From Thermoanaerobaculia bacterium (GTDB lineage Bacteria; Acidobacteriota; Thermoanaerobaculia; Multivoradales; Multivoraceae), in the NCBI GenBank assembly GCA_963664405.1, contig OY761158.1:2400001-2464000 (forward strand): a DNA stretch of 64,000 bases. Reading direction: 5' to 3'. Position 1 is the first letter of the stretch. Each line of letters begins with the position of its first letter. This document shows, piece by piece, positions 1 to 9,943 of the stretch. The notes beneath the pieces were generated by a model that worked only from the letters and a program-made list of their open reading frames with translations, had not been told where the DNA came from and searched no databases. The position numbers and the translations under genes are program-made.

Positions 1-388
1 CACCGAGGATGCCCCGGATGTCCATCGAGCCCTCGAGCTTCGCCTCGACCGAGCGCAACTGGATGTTGCGATTCTGCGCCACGGCGGCTACGCCGGCGGT
101 CAAGCAGCTTGCGAGGCCGACCAGCACCAACTCGACCGGAGTCGCACCGTTGTCCTCGGAGGCGAAGACCGCGGGATGATCTGCGTCGAAGGTGAACTCT
201 CTCTTGTGATTCTGCTCCTCCCCGAGCCCGAAGAACCCTTCTACGGATGATTTACTGTGGGTGCCGTTCAGCCATTTGCACGACGCCCGCCAGCTGAACT
301 TGGCGGCCTCCGGCGCTTCGGTCAACGCCTCGCGCGCGCCGAGCAGTGCTTCTACGTTGACACCATTGTTTGCTTTTGATTCGCCCAT
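1..388 (-). CDS. OsmC family protein (3' end outside window)
   Basis: Manual translation MGESKANNGVNVEALLGAREALTEAPEAAKFSWRASCKW...DNGATPVELVLVGLASCL; AAGGAG upstream; not in ORF track because it runs off the edge. Confidence 0.85.
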   Translation of the reverse strand, partial: MGESKANNGVNVEALLGAREALTEAPEAAKFSWRASCKWLNGTHSKSSVEGFFGLGEEQNHKREFTFDADHPAVFASEDNGATPVELVLVGLASCLTAGVAAVAQNRNIQLRSVEAKLEGSMDIRGILG

Positions 389-596
389 TGTCTTGCTCTC
401 CTTGTTAACCAGCCCGACTCCTCGCCGCGCTGCCTGTTACTACTACCCTAGGGATACTAGCCGCAAAGGTTACGCCCAGAAGACGAGATCGTCCACTCTC
501 GAGCACTGATATACTTCTGCGCGTCAACCTGAACCCGACAACTGCCGAATAAGCGCCCCAAGAGACGGCGACGTTCGCTCGGCACGGGAGAAAGCC

Positions 597-1679
597 ATGC
601 TGTCATCTCGATCGATCAAGAGACTTCTTACCGTCCTACTCGTCACCGGCCTCGCGCTGTCCATAGCTACGGTACTACCGGCCGAAGACAAGATCCCGAG
701 AACAGCCTCTGGTCGACCCGATCTCACCGGCACCTACGACGCGGCTACCCTCACACCGTTGGTGAGGCCCAAAGAGTACGGCGACAATCTCTATCTCACA
801 GCAGAAGAGGCGGAGAAAATCGCCGAAGAAGAGAGGCTTCGCACCGAAAAGAGCTCGGCGGCGAGCAATCCTGATCGCGATGCGCCACCCGACGGCGGTG
901 ATGGCTCACCCGGCGCAGCCGGCAATGTGGGGGGCTACAACAGCTTCTGGATCGATCGTGGAACCGACGCATTCGACGTCGGCGGCAAGTTCAGGACCTC
1001 GATCATCATCGACCCGAAAAACGGTCAGATGCCGCCGATGACAGCCGCGGCGAAAGAGAGCCGAGCGAAGCGATTCTCAGGCTTTGCTCGTCGTGGAAAC
1101 GACGGGACGGCCTGGTGGCTCGAGAAGGGCGACGGCAGTGGCCCTTACGACAACGTGGAGATGCGTAGCCACGCGGAGCGCTGCATGCTCGGTTTCACCG
1201 GTGCCACACCGACCTTCCCCAGCCTCTACAACAATTTCAAGCGAATCGTGCAAACCGAAGATCACGTCATGATCCTGATCGAGATGGTGCACGACGCTCG
1301 CATCGTGCGTATGAACTCGGAACACCTACCGGCCTCCGAGACGAGTTGGCTCGGCGACTCGATCGGCTGGTGGGAAGGCGACACCCTGGTGATCGACAGC
1401 ACCAACTTCAACCCCGCGGCTAGAAACAGAGGAGGCTCCGGGCACGTCGTCGAGCGTTTCACCCGGCTCGAGGACGGCAACGTGCTTTACAACTTCACCA
1501 TGGAAGACGACCAGGTATGGGAGACGCCCTGGACCGGTGAGTATCTTTGGAAAGCGAGCGAACAGAAGGTCTTCGAGTATGCCTGCCACGAAGGCAACTA
1601 CTCCCTCGGAAACATCTTGCGCGGGGCCCGGATCCTGGAGCAGGACGTTCTAAAAGGGAAGCAGAACGCGTCTCGCTGA
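597..1679 (+). CDS. Secreted hypothetical protein (PRTxxGRPDL ... FEYACHEGN family)
   Basis: Signal peptide, GGGAG RBS, conserved motifs GDSIGWWEGDTLVID and FEYACHEGN. Confidence 0.8.
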   Translation: MLSSRSIKRLLTVLLVTGLALSIATVLPAEDKIPRTASGRPDLTGTYDAATLTPLVRPKEYGDNLYLTAEEAEKIAEEERLRTEKSSAASNPDRDAPPDGGDGSPGAAGNVGGYNSFWIDRGTDAFDVGGKFRTSIIIDPKNGQMPPMTAAAKESRAKRFSGFARRGNDGTAWWLEKGDGSGPYDNVEMRSHAERCMLGFTGATPTFPSLYNNFKRIVQTEDHVMILIEMVHDARIVRMNSEHLPASETSWLGDSIGWWEGDTLVIDSTNFNPAARNRGGSGHVVERFTRLEDGNVLYNFTMEDDQVWETPWTGEYLWKASEQKVFEYACHEGNYSLGNILRGARILEQDVLKGKQNASR

Positions 1680-1706
1680 CGATTAGCGTTTGCTCGCAGC
1701 TTCAGA

Positions 1707-2975
1707 TCAGGCTCCGTAGCCAAAGTCGGCCACGGCGACTCCGTCGGCCTCCACCGTCACCTTCTGGGTGAGCACGCCAAGCTCTTCGTGCCACGCTTGG
1801 ATGGTGTGAGTGCCTGGCGGCACGCCGCTGAGGGTGAAGGTGCCGCTGAGGTCGGTGACGGCGAAGAAAGGGTGTGGAACGACCCCAATGTACTCCGTCA
1901 TCCATCGGTGTAGGTCGCAGCGGATCCGGAGCATCCCTTCCTCTTCCGCCAACCGAACCTCGTGAACCATCCCCTGGATCGGTTGACTGACGTTGAAGCT
2001 GTTGGTCGTAGTGGTCTGGGCATTGAGATTGTGGAGCACCGGGTCATTGTTCGTGATCTGCACCAACTGGCCGACACGCGCGCCGGCGACCCTGGGAGAG
2101 AACACGCAGTCCTGCTGATCGATAACGACCGGCTCGTCGGGGACAGAGCTGTCGGGAAAATCCCCCTGCAGCCGCACAAACACATTTGCCAAACTACCGT
2201 CACGCGACGTCAGAACCGCTTCCTGCACCATCTGCTTGTCTCGAGTGAGCTGCGCGCAAAGTGGGTCGACACCCATCCGGATGACCGCGTTGCCTGGGAG
2301 ATCGCCCTCGAGCCGAACCTGTCCCTGAATCGAGCCGCTCGGTCCAGTCGGCTCGCTCGGGGCCTGCTCTTCCGCCTCTCGGCGCCGGGCTTCCTCGGCT
2401 TCGATCTGCTGCAGAGCCGTGTCGCCGGGATACCAATACGTCTGATGGCATCGCTCACAAGTCACGTCGAGCGGGCCACCCTCATCGAACAGCCGATCCG
2501 CATCGCGATCCTCGACGGCGCTCAGGATCGTCGACGAAGCCTGAAACAGGTCGCCGACGAGACGTCTCCACGCCTCGGGGTCCTGGTCGATCAGCTCCTG
2601 AACCTCCTCGGGCTCGAGCTCGATCCCCGGGTTCTCGGAGTGAAAACCAGGGCGCGCGACATCACGCCCTGGTATCAACAACAAGTTCGTCGCCTCGACC
2701 AATCTCACCGCTTCGATACGCAGCGCCTCCCAATCTTCGTCGCTGGTCGGCCGCCGCTCCTCGATGCCATCATGGCTCACGATCGTTGCCACCGATTCCC
2801 AGATCGTGTCGGCAGCCGGATCGATGATCGAGAGCATGATGTCCTGAACGCTCGTCGTCGGATGGAAGTCCGGCATTGAGGCCACCTCTGGCGGCTCGCT
2901 CGCACAGCCTCCGACGACCAAAAACAACGCGATCAAGCCGGCGGCTAACCTTGGGGTCTGTGTCGTCCATCGCAT
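1707..2975 (-). CDS. Lipoprotein: c-type cytochrome domain fused to cupredoxin/carboxypeptidase-regulatory-like domain
   Basis: Lipobox VGGC, heme motif CERCH, C-terminal HN...CDLHRWM; start chosen at MRWTTQ. Confidence 0.7.
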   Translation of the reverse strand: MRWTTQTPRLAAGLIALFLVVGGCASEPPEVASMPDFHPTTSVQDIMLSIIDPAADTIWESVATIVSHDGIEERRPTSDEDWEALRIEAVRLVEATNLLLIPGRDVARPGFHSENPGIELEPEEVQELIDQDPEAWRRLVGDLFQASSTILSAVEDRDADRLFDEGGPLDVTCERCHQTYWYPGDTALQQIEAEEARRREAEEQAPSEPTGPSGSIQGQVRLEGDLPGNAVIRMGVDPLCAQLTRDKQMVQEAVLTSRDGSLANVFVRLQGDFPDSSVPDEPVVIDQQDCVFSPRVAGARVGQLVQITNNDPVLHNLNAQTTTTNSFNVSQPIQGMVHEVRLAEEEGMLRIRCDLHRWMTEYIGVVPHPFFAVTDLSGTFTLSGVPPGTHTIQAWHEELGVLTQKVTVEADGVAVADFGYGA

Positions 2976-3153
2976 CGGGAGTCCTTTCGTTCCGACTTTC
3001 GCTTCCTGAGTCGCGGTTTCCAACCTAATGTGTAGCACACGTACGTACCCCCGCGACCTTCATCGATAAATTCCGCATCCCGTGAGACTGTAGACTTGCC
3101 GAGGAGCCAGAGAACTGAGAGGCCCAATACTGCGAGCTGCACCCCTCATCGCG

Positions 3154-3531
3154 TTGGCGCTGGTGATCGCATGCGCCCACGCTGAGGCTGACGAGGAGAG
3201 CCTCAAAGACTCGTTCGCCGAACAGATCGCCGGCAGTGAATCTGTCACCGATTTCGTGCGCGACGGCAACGAGCTGACGTTTTCCGGCACCGATGGCAAA
3301 GGCGGAGCCGCCGTCTGGAAGGTACGCATCGAGTCGTCGCTTGTCGAGCCGAACGCATACGACGAAGAGATGCCCTTTCAGGGACGCATCGCCTCGGAGT
3401 GGATCGCCGACGGGGAGGTCGTCGAATACCTCGGCAATATGACGGCACTTCCGCAGGAGTTCCTCGACCGAGGGATCGGCCAGGAGTGCTGGGCATTTTG
3501 GATCGAGGCCGAGCGCCGCTGGGACTGGTGA
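3154..3531 (+). CDS. Hypothetical exported protein
   Basis: Protein-like composition with GC3 bias; start uncertain. Confidence 0.6.
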   Translation: MALVIACAHAEADEESLKDSFAEQIAGSESVTDFVRDGNELTFSGTDGKGGAAVWKVRIESSLVEPNAYDEEMPFQGRIASEWIADGEVVEYLGNMTALPQEFLDRGIGQECWAFWIEAERRWDW

Positions 3532-3554
3532 TCCCAGAGGAGCCTCCAGGCTGA

Positions 3555-4370
3555 CTACATCCGGGCGCCGCAGTATTTGCAGAAGACGGCGTCGGTGTCG
3601 TGACCTTCGGTGGCGCATTCCGGGCACACCTCGGTCGAGATCTTCTTGCGGGCCGCCCCGGCCATCTCCACGGTCACGATCCCAGTTGGCACGGCGATGA
3701 TGCCGTAGCCCATGATCATGATCGCGGCAGCCAGGAACTTGCCGAGCGGGGTGACGGGGGCAATGTCGCCGTAGCCGACCGTCGTCATGGTGACGATCGT
3801 CCAGTAGATCGACTCGGGGATGCTGGTGAAGCCGCTGTCCTCACCCTCGATGAGGTACATCGTCAATCCGACGATCACGACTGTGGTCAAGACCGTGCCG
3901 AGAAAGATCACGATTTTGCGGGCGCTTGCTCGAAGCGCCGCCCGCAGCATCCTGGCCTCCCCGACGAAGCGCACCAGTTTGAGCACGCGGAAGACACGCA
4001 GCAGGCGCAGGGTGCGAATTACCAGCAGCGACTGCGCACCGGCAAAAAAGAAGCTCAGGAACGACGGCAGGATGGCGAGAAGATCGACGATGCCGAAGAA
4101 GCTGCAGGCGTAGCGCGCCGGCCGACCCACACAAAAGAGGCGCAGGGCGTACTCGATGGTGAAGAGGATGGTGATTATCCACTCGAAGATCCGGAGCTGG
4201 CTACCGTATCGAGCCTCGATCCCGGAGACGCTCTCGAGCATGACGGCGATCACGCTGAGAACGATCAACACCAGGAGAACGATGTCGAAGGCCTTGCCGG
4301 CGGGAGTCTCGGCCTCGAAGATGACCTCGTGGAGGCGGGCGCGGATGCCGCTGCGGGAGCGATGGGTCAT
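3555..4370 (-). CDS. Voltage-gated potassium channel (ion transporter)
   Basis: S4 motif RTLRLLRVFRVLK, selectivity filter TTVGYGD, C-terminal CPEC...CKYC; start at MTHRSR. Confidence 0.92.
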   Translation of the reverse strand: MTHRSRSGIRARLHEVIFEAETPAGKAFDIVLLVLIVLSVIAVMLESVSGIEARYGSQLRIFEWIITILFTIEYALRLFCVGRPARYACSFFGIVDLLAILPSFLSFFFAGAQSLLVIRTLRLLRVFRVLKLVRFVGEARMLRAALRASARKIVIFLGTVLTTVVIVGLTMYLIEGEDSGFTSIPESIYWTIVTMTTVGYGDIAPVTPLGKFLAAAIMIMGYGIIAVPTGIVTVEMAGAARKKISTEVCPECATEGHDTDAVFCKYCGARM

Positions 4371-4423
4371 GGTATCGAGGGCGAAGTGAGTGTATCTCAG
4401 CGACACAGCAGTGGCGTTTCCCT

Positions 4424-4622
4424 GAGCGCTCTGCTCCTCGATGAGCCGACCGCTTCCCTCGATGCCGACGCGGCCAACCGAATCACTACGCTGGTCGACG
4501 AGTGGGCCGCGGCCGAGCCGGGGCGGGCTTTTGTCTGGATCGGGCACGACCCGGCCCTTATTCGCCCGATCGCGAGCCGCGAGCTTCTCTGCGAACGGGG
4601 AGAGCTGAGCGAGGTGAGCTGA
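4424..4622 (+). pseudogene. 3' remnant of ABC ATPase (FetA-like)
   Basis: LLLDEPTASLD (Walker B/D-loop) and GHD (H-loop) present; Walker A and signature motif missing; directly precedes fetB. Confidence 0.8.
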
Positions 4623-4624
4623 CG

Positions 4625-5425
4625 ATGCCGATCTCCTACCTCGAGCTCTCCTACGGGCAGGTTGCGCTGGCGGCCCTCCTGATCCTGGTCAATGGTGCTC
4701 TGTCGGTGCTACTGCGACTCGACCTCCATCGTCGATTGCTTGTTGCCTCCATTCGCACCGTCACCCAGCTCCTTCTGATCGGATTCGTTCTGCAGTGGGT
4801 CTTCTCCCTGCGCCGCTGGTATGGGGTCGTGGGCCTGGCGCTTCTGATGGTGGTCATCGCCGGAGTAAGCGCGGTACAAAGGACCGAGCGACGCTTTCCG
4901 GGAATATGGCTCGACAGCCTACTCTCGATGTGGGCGAGCTCGTGGCTCGTCGCCGGAGTGGCCCTGGTCGGTATCGTCCGGGTAGAGCCCTGGTTTCATC
5001 CCCAGTACGCGATTCCGCTTCTCGGCATGATTCTCGGCAACACCCTCACCGGCATCTCTCTGGGGCTGGGCCGGCTGGGGGACGAGCTGGTGGTGCGGCG
5101 GGGCGAGGTCGAGCTTCTGCTGACCCTGGGCGCAACCCGATGGGAGGCGGCGAGGCGGCCGATCCGGGTCGCCTTGACGACCGGGTTGACGCCTATTCTC
5201 AACTCGATGATGGTGGTGGGGATCGTCAGCCTGCCGGGGATGATGACGGGTCAGCTGCTCGCCGGCGTCGATCCGACCCAGGCCGTGAAATACCAGGTCG
5301 TCATCATGTTTCTCCTCGCCGCTGGGACCGGCCTCGGAACCGTCGCGATCGTGCTCTTGACCTATCGTCGACTATTCAGCCCGCGCCACCAGTTCCGACA
5401 TACGCTCCTCGAAGACGCGCCCTGA
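4625..5425 (+). CDS. fetB: UPF0014 ABC permease (FetB/YbbM)
   Basis: Motifs IPLLGMILGN, LGATRWEA, GIVSLPGMMTGQLLAGVDP, AVKYQ. Confidence 0.9.
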   Translation: MPISYLELSYGQVALAALLILVNGALSVLLRLDLHRRLLVASIRTVTQLLLIGFVLQWVFSLRRWYGVVGLALLMVVIAGVSAVQRTERRFPGIWLDSLLSMWASSWLVAGVALVGIVRVEPWFHPQYAIPLLGMILGNTLTGISLGLGRLGDELVVRRGEVELLLTLGATRWEAARRPIRVALTTGLTPILNSMMVVGIVSLPGMMTGQLLAGVDPTQAVKYQVVIMFLLAAGTGLGTVAIVLLTYRRLFSPRHQFRHTLLEDAP

Positions 5426-5427
5426 TC

Positions 5428-8400
5428 TCAAGCCACTCTCACTACCCTTTTCACAAAGCCGAAGCAATCGTCGACCAGCGTGTAGATGGTCGGGATGATC
5501 ATCAGGGTCAAGAAGGTGGACGTCGTCAGCCCGCCGAGAATGATGAGGCCGATCGGCGCCCACATCGCCGCACGCCCCTCCATCGGACCGAACACCTCAG
5601 GAAGGAAATAGGGAGCTACCATCGGCGACAGACCCAGGATCGTGGTGACGGCAGTCATGACGATCGGCCTGAGCCGATTGCGACCGCCCTGGATAATGGC
5701 TTCGGTGCGCGCCAGCCCGGACTTACGGAGGTGATTCACATGGTCGATGAGGACGATGGCGTTGTTGACCACGATGCCGGCGAGAATGATGAGCCCCATC
5801 TCGGTCGAGCTGTCGCGGGGCTGTCCCGCCAGCTTCATGATCACGCCGACGCCGATGAAGGCGAAGGGGATCGAGAAGAGAATGGTCAAAGGCTGCAAGA
5901 AGTTCTCGAACAACGAGGCCAGGATCATGTAGATCAAGACCAGGGCGAAGAGCAGCGCAAAGCCCGAGTTCTCTCGCTCCTCCTGGGCGGATCGAAAGCT
6001 CCTGCCCAGCGACCAACCATATCCGGGAGGTAGCGTGAGGCTGCGGAGAAAGCCCGAGATCGTACCCATCATCGCAAAAGACTGCGTGTTGCCTACCGTC
6101 TCGATACTGATGGTGACCCTGGAGCTGCGGTTCTCTCGCTCGATGGTCTGGGGGCCCGGCACCGTCTCGAAGCTGGCCAAACTCGCGATCGGAAGCGCTG
6201 CGGCATCGGTGTGGATACTCATCTTCTTGAGCTGTTCCAAGGTCTCGCGATCTTCCTCGCGATACTGCACCACCATTCCGACCTCTCTGTCTTCAGCCTT
6301 GAAGTAGGTGACCGGGCGGGTCGACAGTGCGTTGTTGATCGTGCGAGCGACATCCTGGGTCGAGAGGCCGGCCTGGAGAGCCCGCTCGCGATCGACCGCG
6401 ACGTGAATCTCCTCGTCGCCGCTCTCGGAGGAGGAATCGACATCTTTGACGAAGGGGAGCTCCAACAGCTGAGCCATCACCTGCCTGCTCAGCAGCTCGA
6501 GAATCGCACCGTCGTCACCCGAGAGCTCGATCTGCATCCCCTGATCGTGTCCCCCGGGTCCGCGCTTGGTGCGTCCGATCTTGAGGTCGACACCCGCCTT
6601 CACCGGCAAGAGATCGATGATGTCGTTGCGAATCTCGAGCGTCGACCGCTTCGCCTGCTCCTCGGTCAGGAGAAAGAGCTCAACGCGACTGTTGCCTCCC
6701 CAGCGCGACTGCTCCTTTCCACTCCCGCGTCGATAGCGGGAGGAGATGTCGACGATCTCGAGCTGGTCGCGCCGAGAGTCCAGGATCTCGTAGAGCTCAG
6801 CGAAAAGCGCCTCCTTCTGTTCCAAAGAGTAGCTGCGTGGAGTGTCCACCTGCAGCGCTATCTGCCGCTCGTAGGACGAGGTCTCGAAGCTCCGTTCGAT
6901 GCCCTGGTAGAGCTCGAAAGATCCCCACAACAAGCCGACCACCAGCGCGGTGAAGGCCAGGCGATGCCGCAGCGTGAAAGCGAGCATCCGACCGTACTCC
7001 CTAACCACCCGATCGAAGAGGGGGTGCTTTCGCTCTTTACCGCCCTTGAGCAGAATTGCCGCCGCCATCGGTATGACGGTGAGCGACACCAGCAGCGACG
7101 ACACCATGACGATCACCACGGTCAAGCCCAAGTCCTTCATCTGGCTACTGAAGCGGCCGTCTCCACCCTCGAGGAAGATCAAGGGCACGAACACACAGAT
7201 CGTGGTCAGAGTGGAGCAGATGATGGGCATGGCCACCTCGCTCGCCCCTCGCAGCGCCGCGGTCTTCGGCCCTTCACCGAGAGCCTGACGATGACGGACC
7301 ACAGACTCGATCACCACGATCGAGTTGTCGACCAACATCCCGACCGCGAGCATCAGCCCCATCAGACTCATGATGTTGAGGGTGAGATCGCCGATGCCGG
7401 CTACCCGGTACAGGTACATGAAGACAAAAGTAAGGACGAGAGAGAGAGGGATGGCAACAGCGACCAACAAGGTCATGCGTAGGCGGCGTAGAAAGACGAG
7501 CATGAAGAGCACGGCCAGAGAGCCGCCGAGAATGCCGGTGTCACGCAACTGGTTCAGGCCCCTATTGACGTCGATAGAGGCGTCAAAGTAGGGCTGGAAG
7601 GAGAGCCCTTCCGCTTCGGGGAGCTCTTGAATGGCGGCGAGCTCGGCCTTCACGGTGTTCACCGCCGCGAGCAGATTGGCGTCCGAGGTCTTGGTGATGC
7701 GCAAGGTCAGGGACTGCTCGCCGTTGAGAAAATCGAAGTCGTCTCGCCGTGGGAAGTCGTAGTTGATCGAGGCGACATCCGCCAACACCAGGCCCGACGA
7801 ATAGAGCGGCAGCTCGCGAATCGCCTCGAGGCTGTCGAGCTCCCCCATCGCTCGCACCAGGAGCTTGCGACTCCCTTCTCGGACGTAGCCACCGGAGAGA
7901 CTGACATTGTTCCCCTGCAACAGCAGCACAACGTCTCGCACGCCGATGCCGTGGGCGGCCATGCGAGCGGGCAAGAGGTTGATCTCGAGCTGGCGGCTCA
8001 AGGTTCCGTACAGCCTTACTTCAGCCACTCCGTCGAGACGCTCGATACGACGCTGGATCGCCTCTTCGGCAAACTCGTAGAGCCTCGCGCTCTCCCAATC
8101 CGCCGACAGGTTCACTCGCAGGATCGGGATGTCGCCGGAGCCGTGACGGTAGACGCGGAAGTCCTCGAAATCGTCAGGCAACAGCCCACGCACCCGGTCG
8201 AGCCGGTCGCGCACCTCTACCGCGGCCATGTCCATGTCGACACCGTCGACAAACTCGAGGTCGATGTCCGCTTCGTTGGCATACGCCGTAGCGGTGAGGC
8301 GGTCGAGGCCTCTGATGGTGCCGAGGATGTCTTCCAGAGGTCTGACGATCATCCGTTCGACCTCGTCGGGCGACGACGAGTCGTAGGGGGCTCTGACCGA

Positions 8401-8559
8401 CATATGCGTGCTGGCGTGAGCCGGCAGGAACTCCAGCGGCAGTCTGGTCAGCGACAGCCAGCCCATCACGACTACGCCGAGGACGACCATGGCCATGGTC
8501 ACCCTGCGCTCTACCGCAAAACGAACCAGTGGGTTGACGGGTTGGGGGGTCTCAGTCAT
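5428..8559 (-). CDS. RND efflux permease (AcrB family)
   Basis: 1043 aa; GMLVDNSIVVIE, GIVVNNAIVLID, RLRPIVMT. Confidence 0.95.
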   Translation of the reverse strand: MTETPQPVNPLVRFAVERRVTMAMVVLGVVVMGWLSLTRLPLEFLPAHASTHMSVRAPYDSSSPDEVERMIVRPLEDILGTIRGLDRLTATAYANEADIDLEFVDGVDMDMAAVEVRDRLDRVRGLLPDDFEDFRVYRHGSGDIPILRVNLSADWESARLYEFAEEAIQRRIERLDGVAEVRLYGTLSRQLEINLLPARMAAHGIGVRDVVLLLQGNNVSLSGGYVREGSRKLLVRAMGELDSLEAIRELPLYSSGLVLADVASINYDFPRRDDFDFLNGEQSLTLRITKTSDANLLAAVNTVKAELAAIQELPEAEGLSFQPYFDASIDVNRGLNQLRDTGILGGSLAVLFMLVFLRRLRMTLLVAVAIPLSLVLTFVFMYLYRVAGIGDLTLNIMSLMGLMLAVGMLVDNSIVVIESVVRHRQALGEGPKTAALRGASEVAMPIICSTLTTICVFVPLIFLEGGDGRFSSQMKDLGLTVVIVMVSSLLVSLTVIPMAAAILLKGGKERKHPLFDRVVREYGRMLAFTLRHRLAFTALVVGLLWGSFELYQGIERSFETSSYERQIALQVDTPRSYSLEQKEALFAELYEILDSRRDQLEIVDISSRYRRGSGKEQSRWGGNSRVELFLLTEEQAKRSTLEIRNDIIDLLPVKAGVDLKIGRTKRGPGGHDQGMQIELSGDDGAILELLSRQVMAQLLELPFVKDVDSSSESGDEEIHVAVDRERALQAGLSTQDVARTINNALSTRPVTYFKAEDREVGMVVQYREEDRETLEQLKKMSIHTDAAALPIASLASFETVPGPQTIERENRSSRVTISIETVGNTQSFAMMGTISGFLRSLTLPPGYGWSLGRSFRSAQEERENSGFALLFALVLIYMILASLFENFLQPLTILFSIPFAFIGVGVIMKLAGQPRDSSTEMGLIILAGIVVNNAIVLIDHVNHLRKSGLARTEAIIQGGRNRLRPIVMTAVTTILGLSPMVAPYFLPEVFGPMEGRAAMWAPIGLIILGGLTTSTFLTLMIIPTIYTLVDDCFGFVKRVVRVA

Positions 8560-9640
8560 CTTGCTCCGCTACGACCTCGCGCATGCCGTCCCATTCGTGC
8601 CACATATTGCACATAGCGTGTTTAGACCGCTCCCACGGGTTGTTCCCCTCTTCGTACTCGAGCCATTCTCCCATCTGACCACGATCGGGGTGGTCGCTCA
8701 CCCCATTTACGAGCTTATCCGGCTGGCGCTTCTTGTTGCGGATGCGAAAGATGATGCTCTTGCGTGACTCGCTGCCGTGCTCGTTTCGGCTGCCGGAGTG
8801 AGGGATCTGGAAGACGGTCATGCAGGCGTCCCCCGACTCCATCAGAATCTGGGTGGGCCGAGGCCATCTCTTGCCGTCGGGAGTGGATTCGGAGCTCGAG
8901 TCCACGAGCTGCTCGCGGACGGCGTCAGGCAGATAGACCAGCCCGCAGCGGTTCGGGCAATCGTGGTCGAGGCGGGGCCACCCAGGGCCCTCGGGGCCCA
9001 GATGCCCATTGCTGTCGTACTGCCAGCGCAGAAACTTCTCCACCGCATGATGCCCGCCGGGCAAGAGCGCCGTCTGACCACGCCCCTCGACCGTCTGATC
9101 GTTGAGGCAGACGAAGACGAAGGCGGTGAAGCTCCCCATGCCCAGAGTCATCTCCGGGTCTTCGAAGAGCGGCACCATATTGTGACCGAGCACTTCGGGG
9201 CTGCGACCGAGGTCACCCTTGGGCCCCGACGCGATGTAGCGCCGGTAGATCTCCTCGGGCGTTCCCTCCTGCCTCTCCTGCGGAACGTTGATCGTCAACA
9301 GGCCGTCGACATGGGTCGATGCCGCGTAGTACGGCATGTCCTTCTCACAGTAGCCGATGCTGGTGAAGTGCTCGCCGGGCTTGGTGACCTTTCTGACCCC
9401 GATCTGGCAGGCGATCGGCGGGTCGAACTCGCCCATCGCCTCATTCAGGATCGGGGTGATCAACGAAGCGTTGACCAGATCGGTCATCGCCTTCTCACTC
9501 CTCAGATTCTCGCCCTTCTTGGCATCGCGGATACGCTGGAGCGCCGCATCAACCAGCTCTTCCGATACCGCGTTCTTGAGAACGACGTAGCCATCTCGAT
9601 GGAGATCGCGCTTCTGCGCGAGAGTGAGGGTCGTCGTCAA
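8552..9640 (-). CDS. Phytanoyl-CoA dioxygenase (PhyH)-like protein
   Basis: RDGYVVLKNAV, HVD, PGGHH and GD...PH motifs; TTG start with AAGGA upstream. Confidence 0.7.
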   Translation of the reverse strand: MTTTLTLAQKRDLHRDGYVVLKNAVSEELVDAALQRIRDAKKGENLRSEKAMTDLVNASLITPILNEAMGEFDPPIACQIGVRKVTKPGEHFTSIGYCEKDMPYYAASTHVDGLLTINVPQERQEGTPEEIYRRYIASGPKGDLGRSPEVLGHNMVPLFEDPEMTLGMGSFTAFVFVCLNDQTVEGRGQTALLPGGHHAVEKFLRWQYDSNGHLGPEGPGWPRLDHDCPNRCGLVYLPDAVREQLVDSSSESTPDGKRWPRPTQILMESGDACMTVFQIPHSGSRNEHGSESRKSIIFRIRNKKRQPDKLVNGVSDHPDRGQMGEWLEYEEGNNPWERSKHAMCNMWHEWDGMREVVAEQDD

Positions 9641-9720
9641 GGGGTCAGTTCCTTACACGTCGGAGAGCTGCTGCATCTGGCCGTTGCTGTCGCCGATGCT
9701 CTCCGCCGCGATTCCCATCG

Positions 9721-9943
9721 CCGTTCTCGGCGCCAAAAACAACTAGCTTTTCGGAAATGATAGCAATCCTTTCCGAAAACTAGGAAGGCGTCCGAGTATT
9801 CGGCCTGAGCCGTTTCCCGGAGACAATAAGAAGCAACGCCAAAGTGCGCCGTCCGCGGCGCCAGACAGCAATGAGCCGCAGGAAGTGATACCAATCACTT
9901 CCGGAGGCGATCGGAAATGATCGCAATCATTTTCGAAAGCTAG
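9721..9943 (-). repeat. Repeat family A composite: partial copy 9721-9783, full copy 9805-9910, short hairpin 9911-9943
   Basis: Hairpin GGAAGTGAT-N4-ATCACTTCC plus GGCGCCGxGGACGGCGCACT tail shared with the copies at 19063, 33943 and 56138. Confidence 0.85.

Noticed and set aside
1962-9760. Long antisense ORFs (1962-2879, most of 3600-4622, 6211-7482, 7627-8616, 8777-9760 and similar elsewhere)
   Set aside because: Shadow frames of GC3-rich genes on the opposite strand with no recognisable motifs
9721-9943. CRISPR-like array from three similar hairpins
   Set aside because: Irregular spacing, divergent repeats, intervening sequence is itself repeated elsewhere, and there are no cas genes
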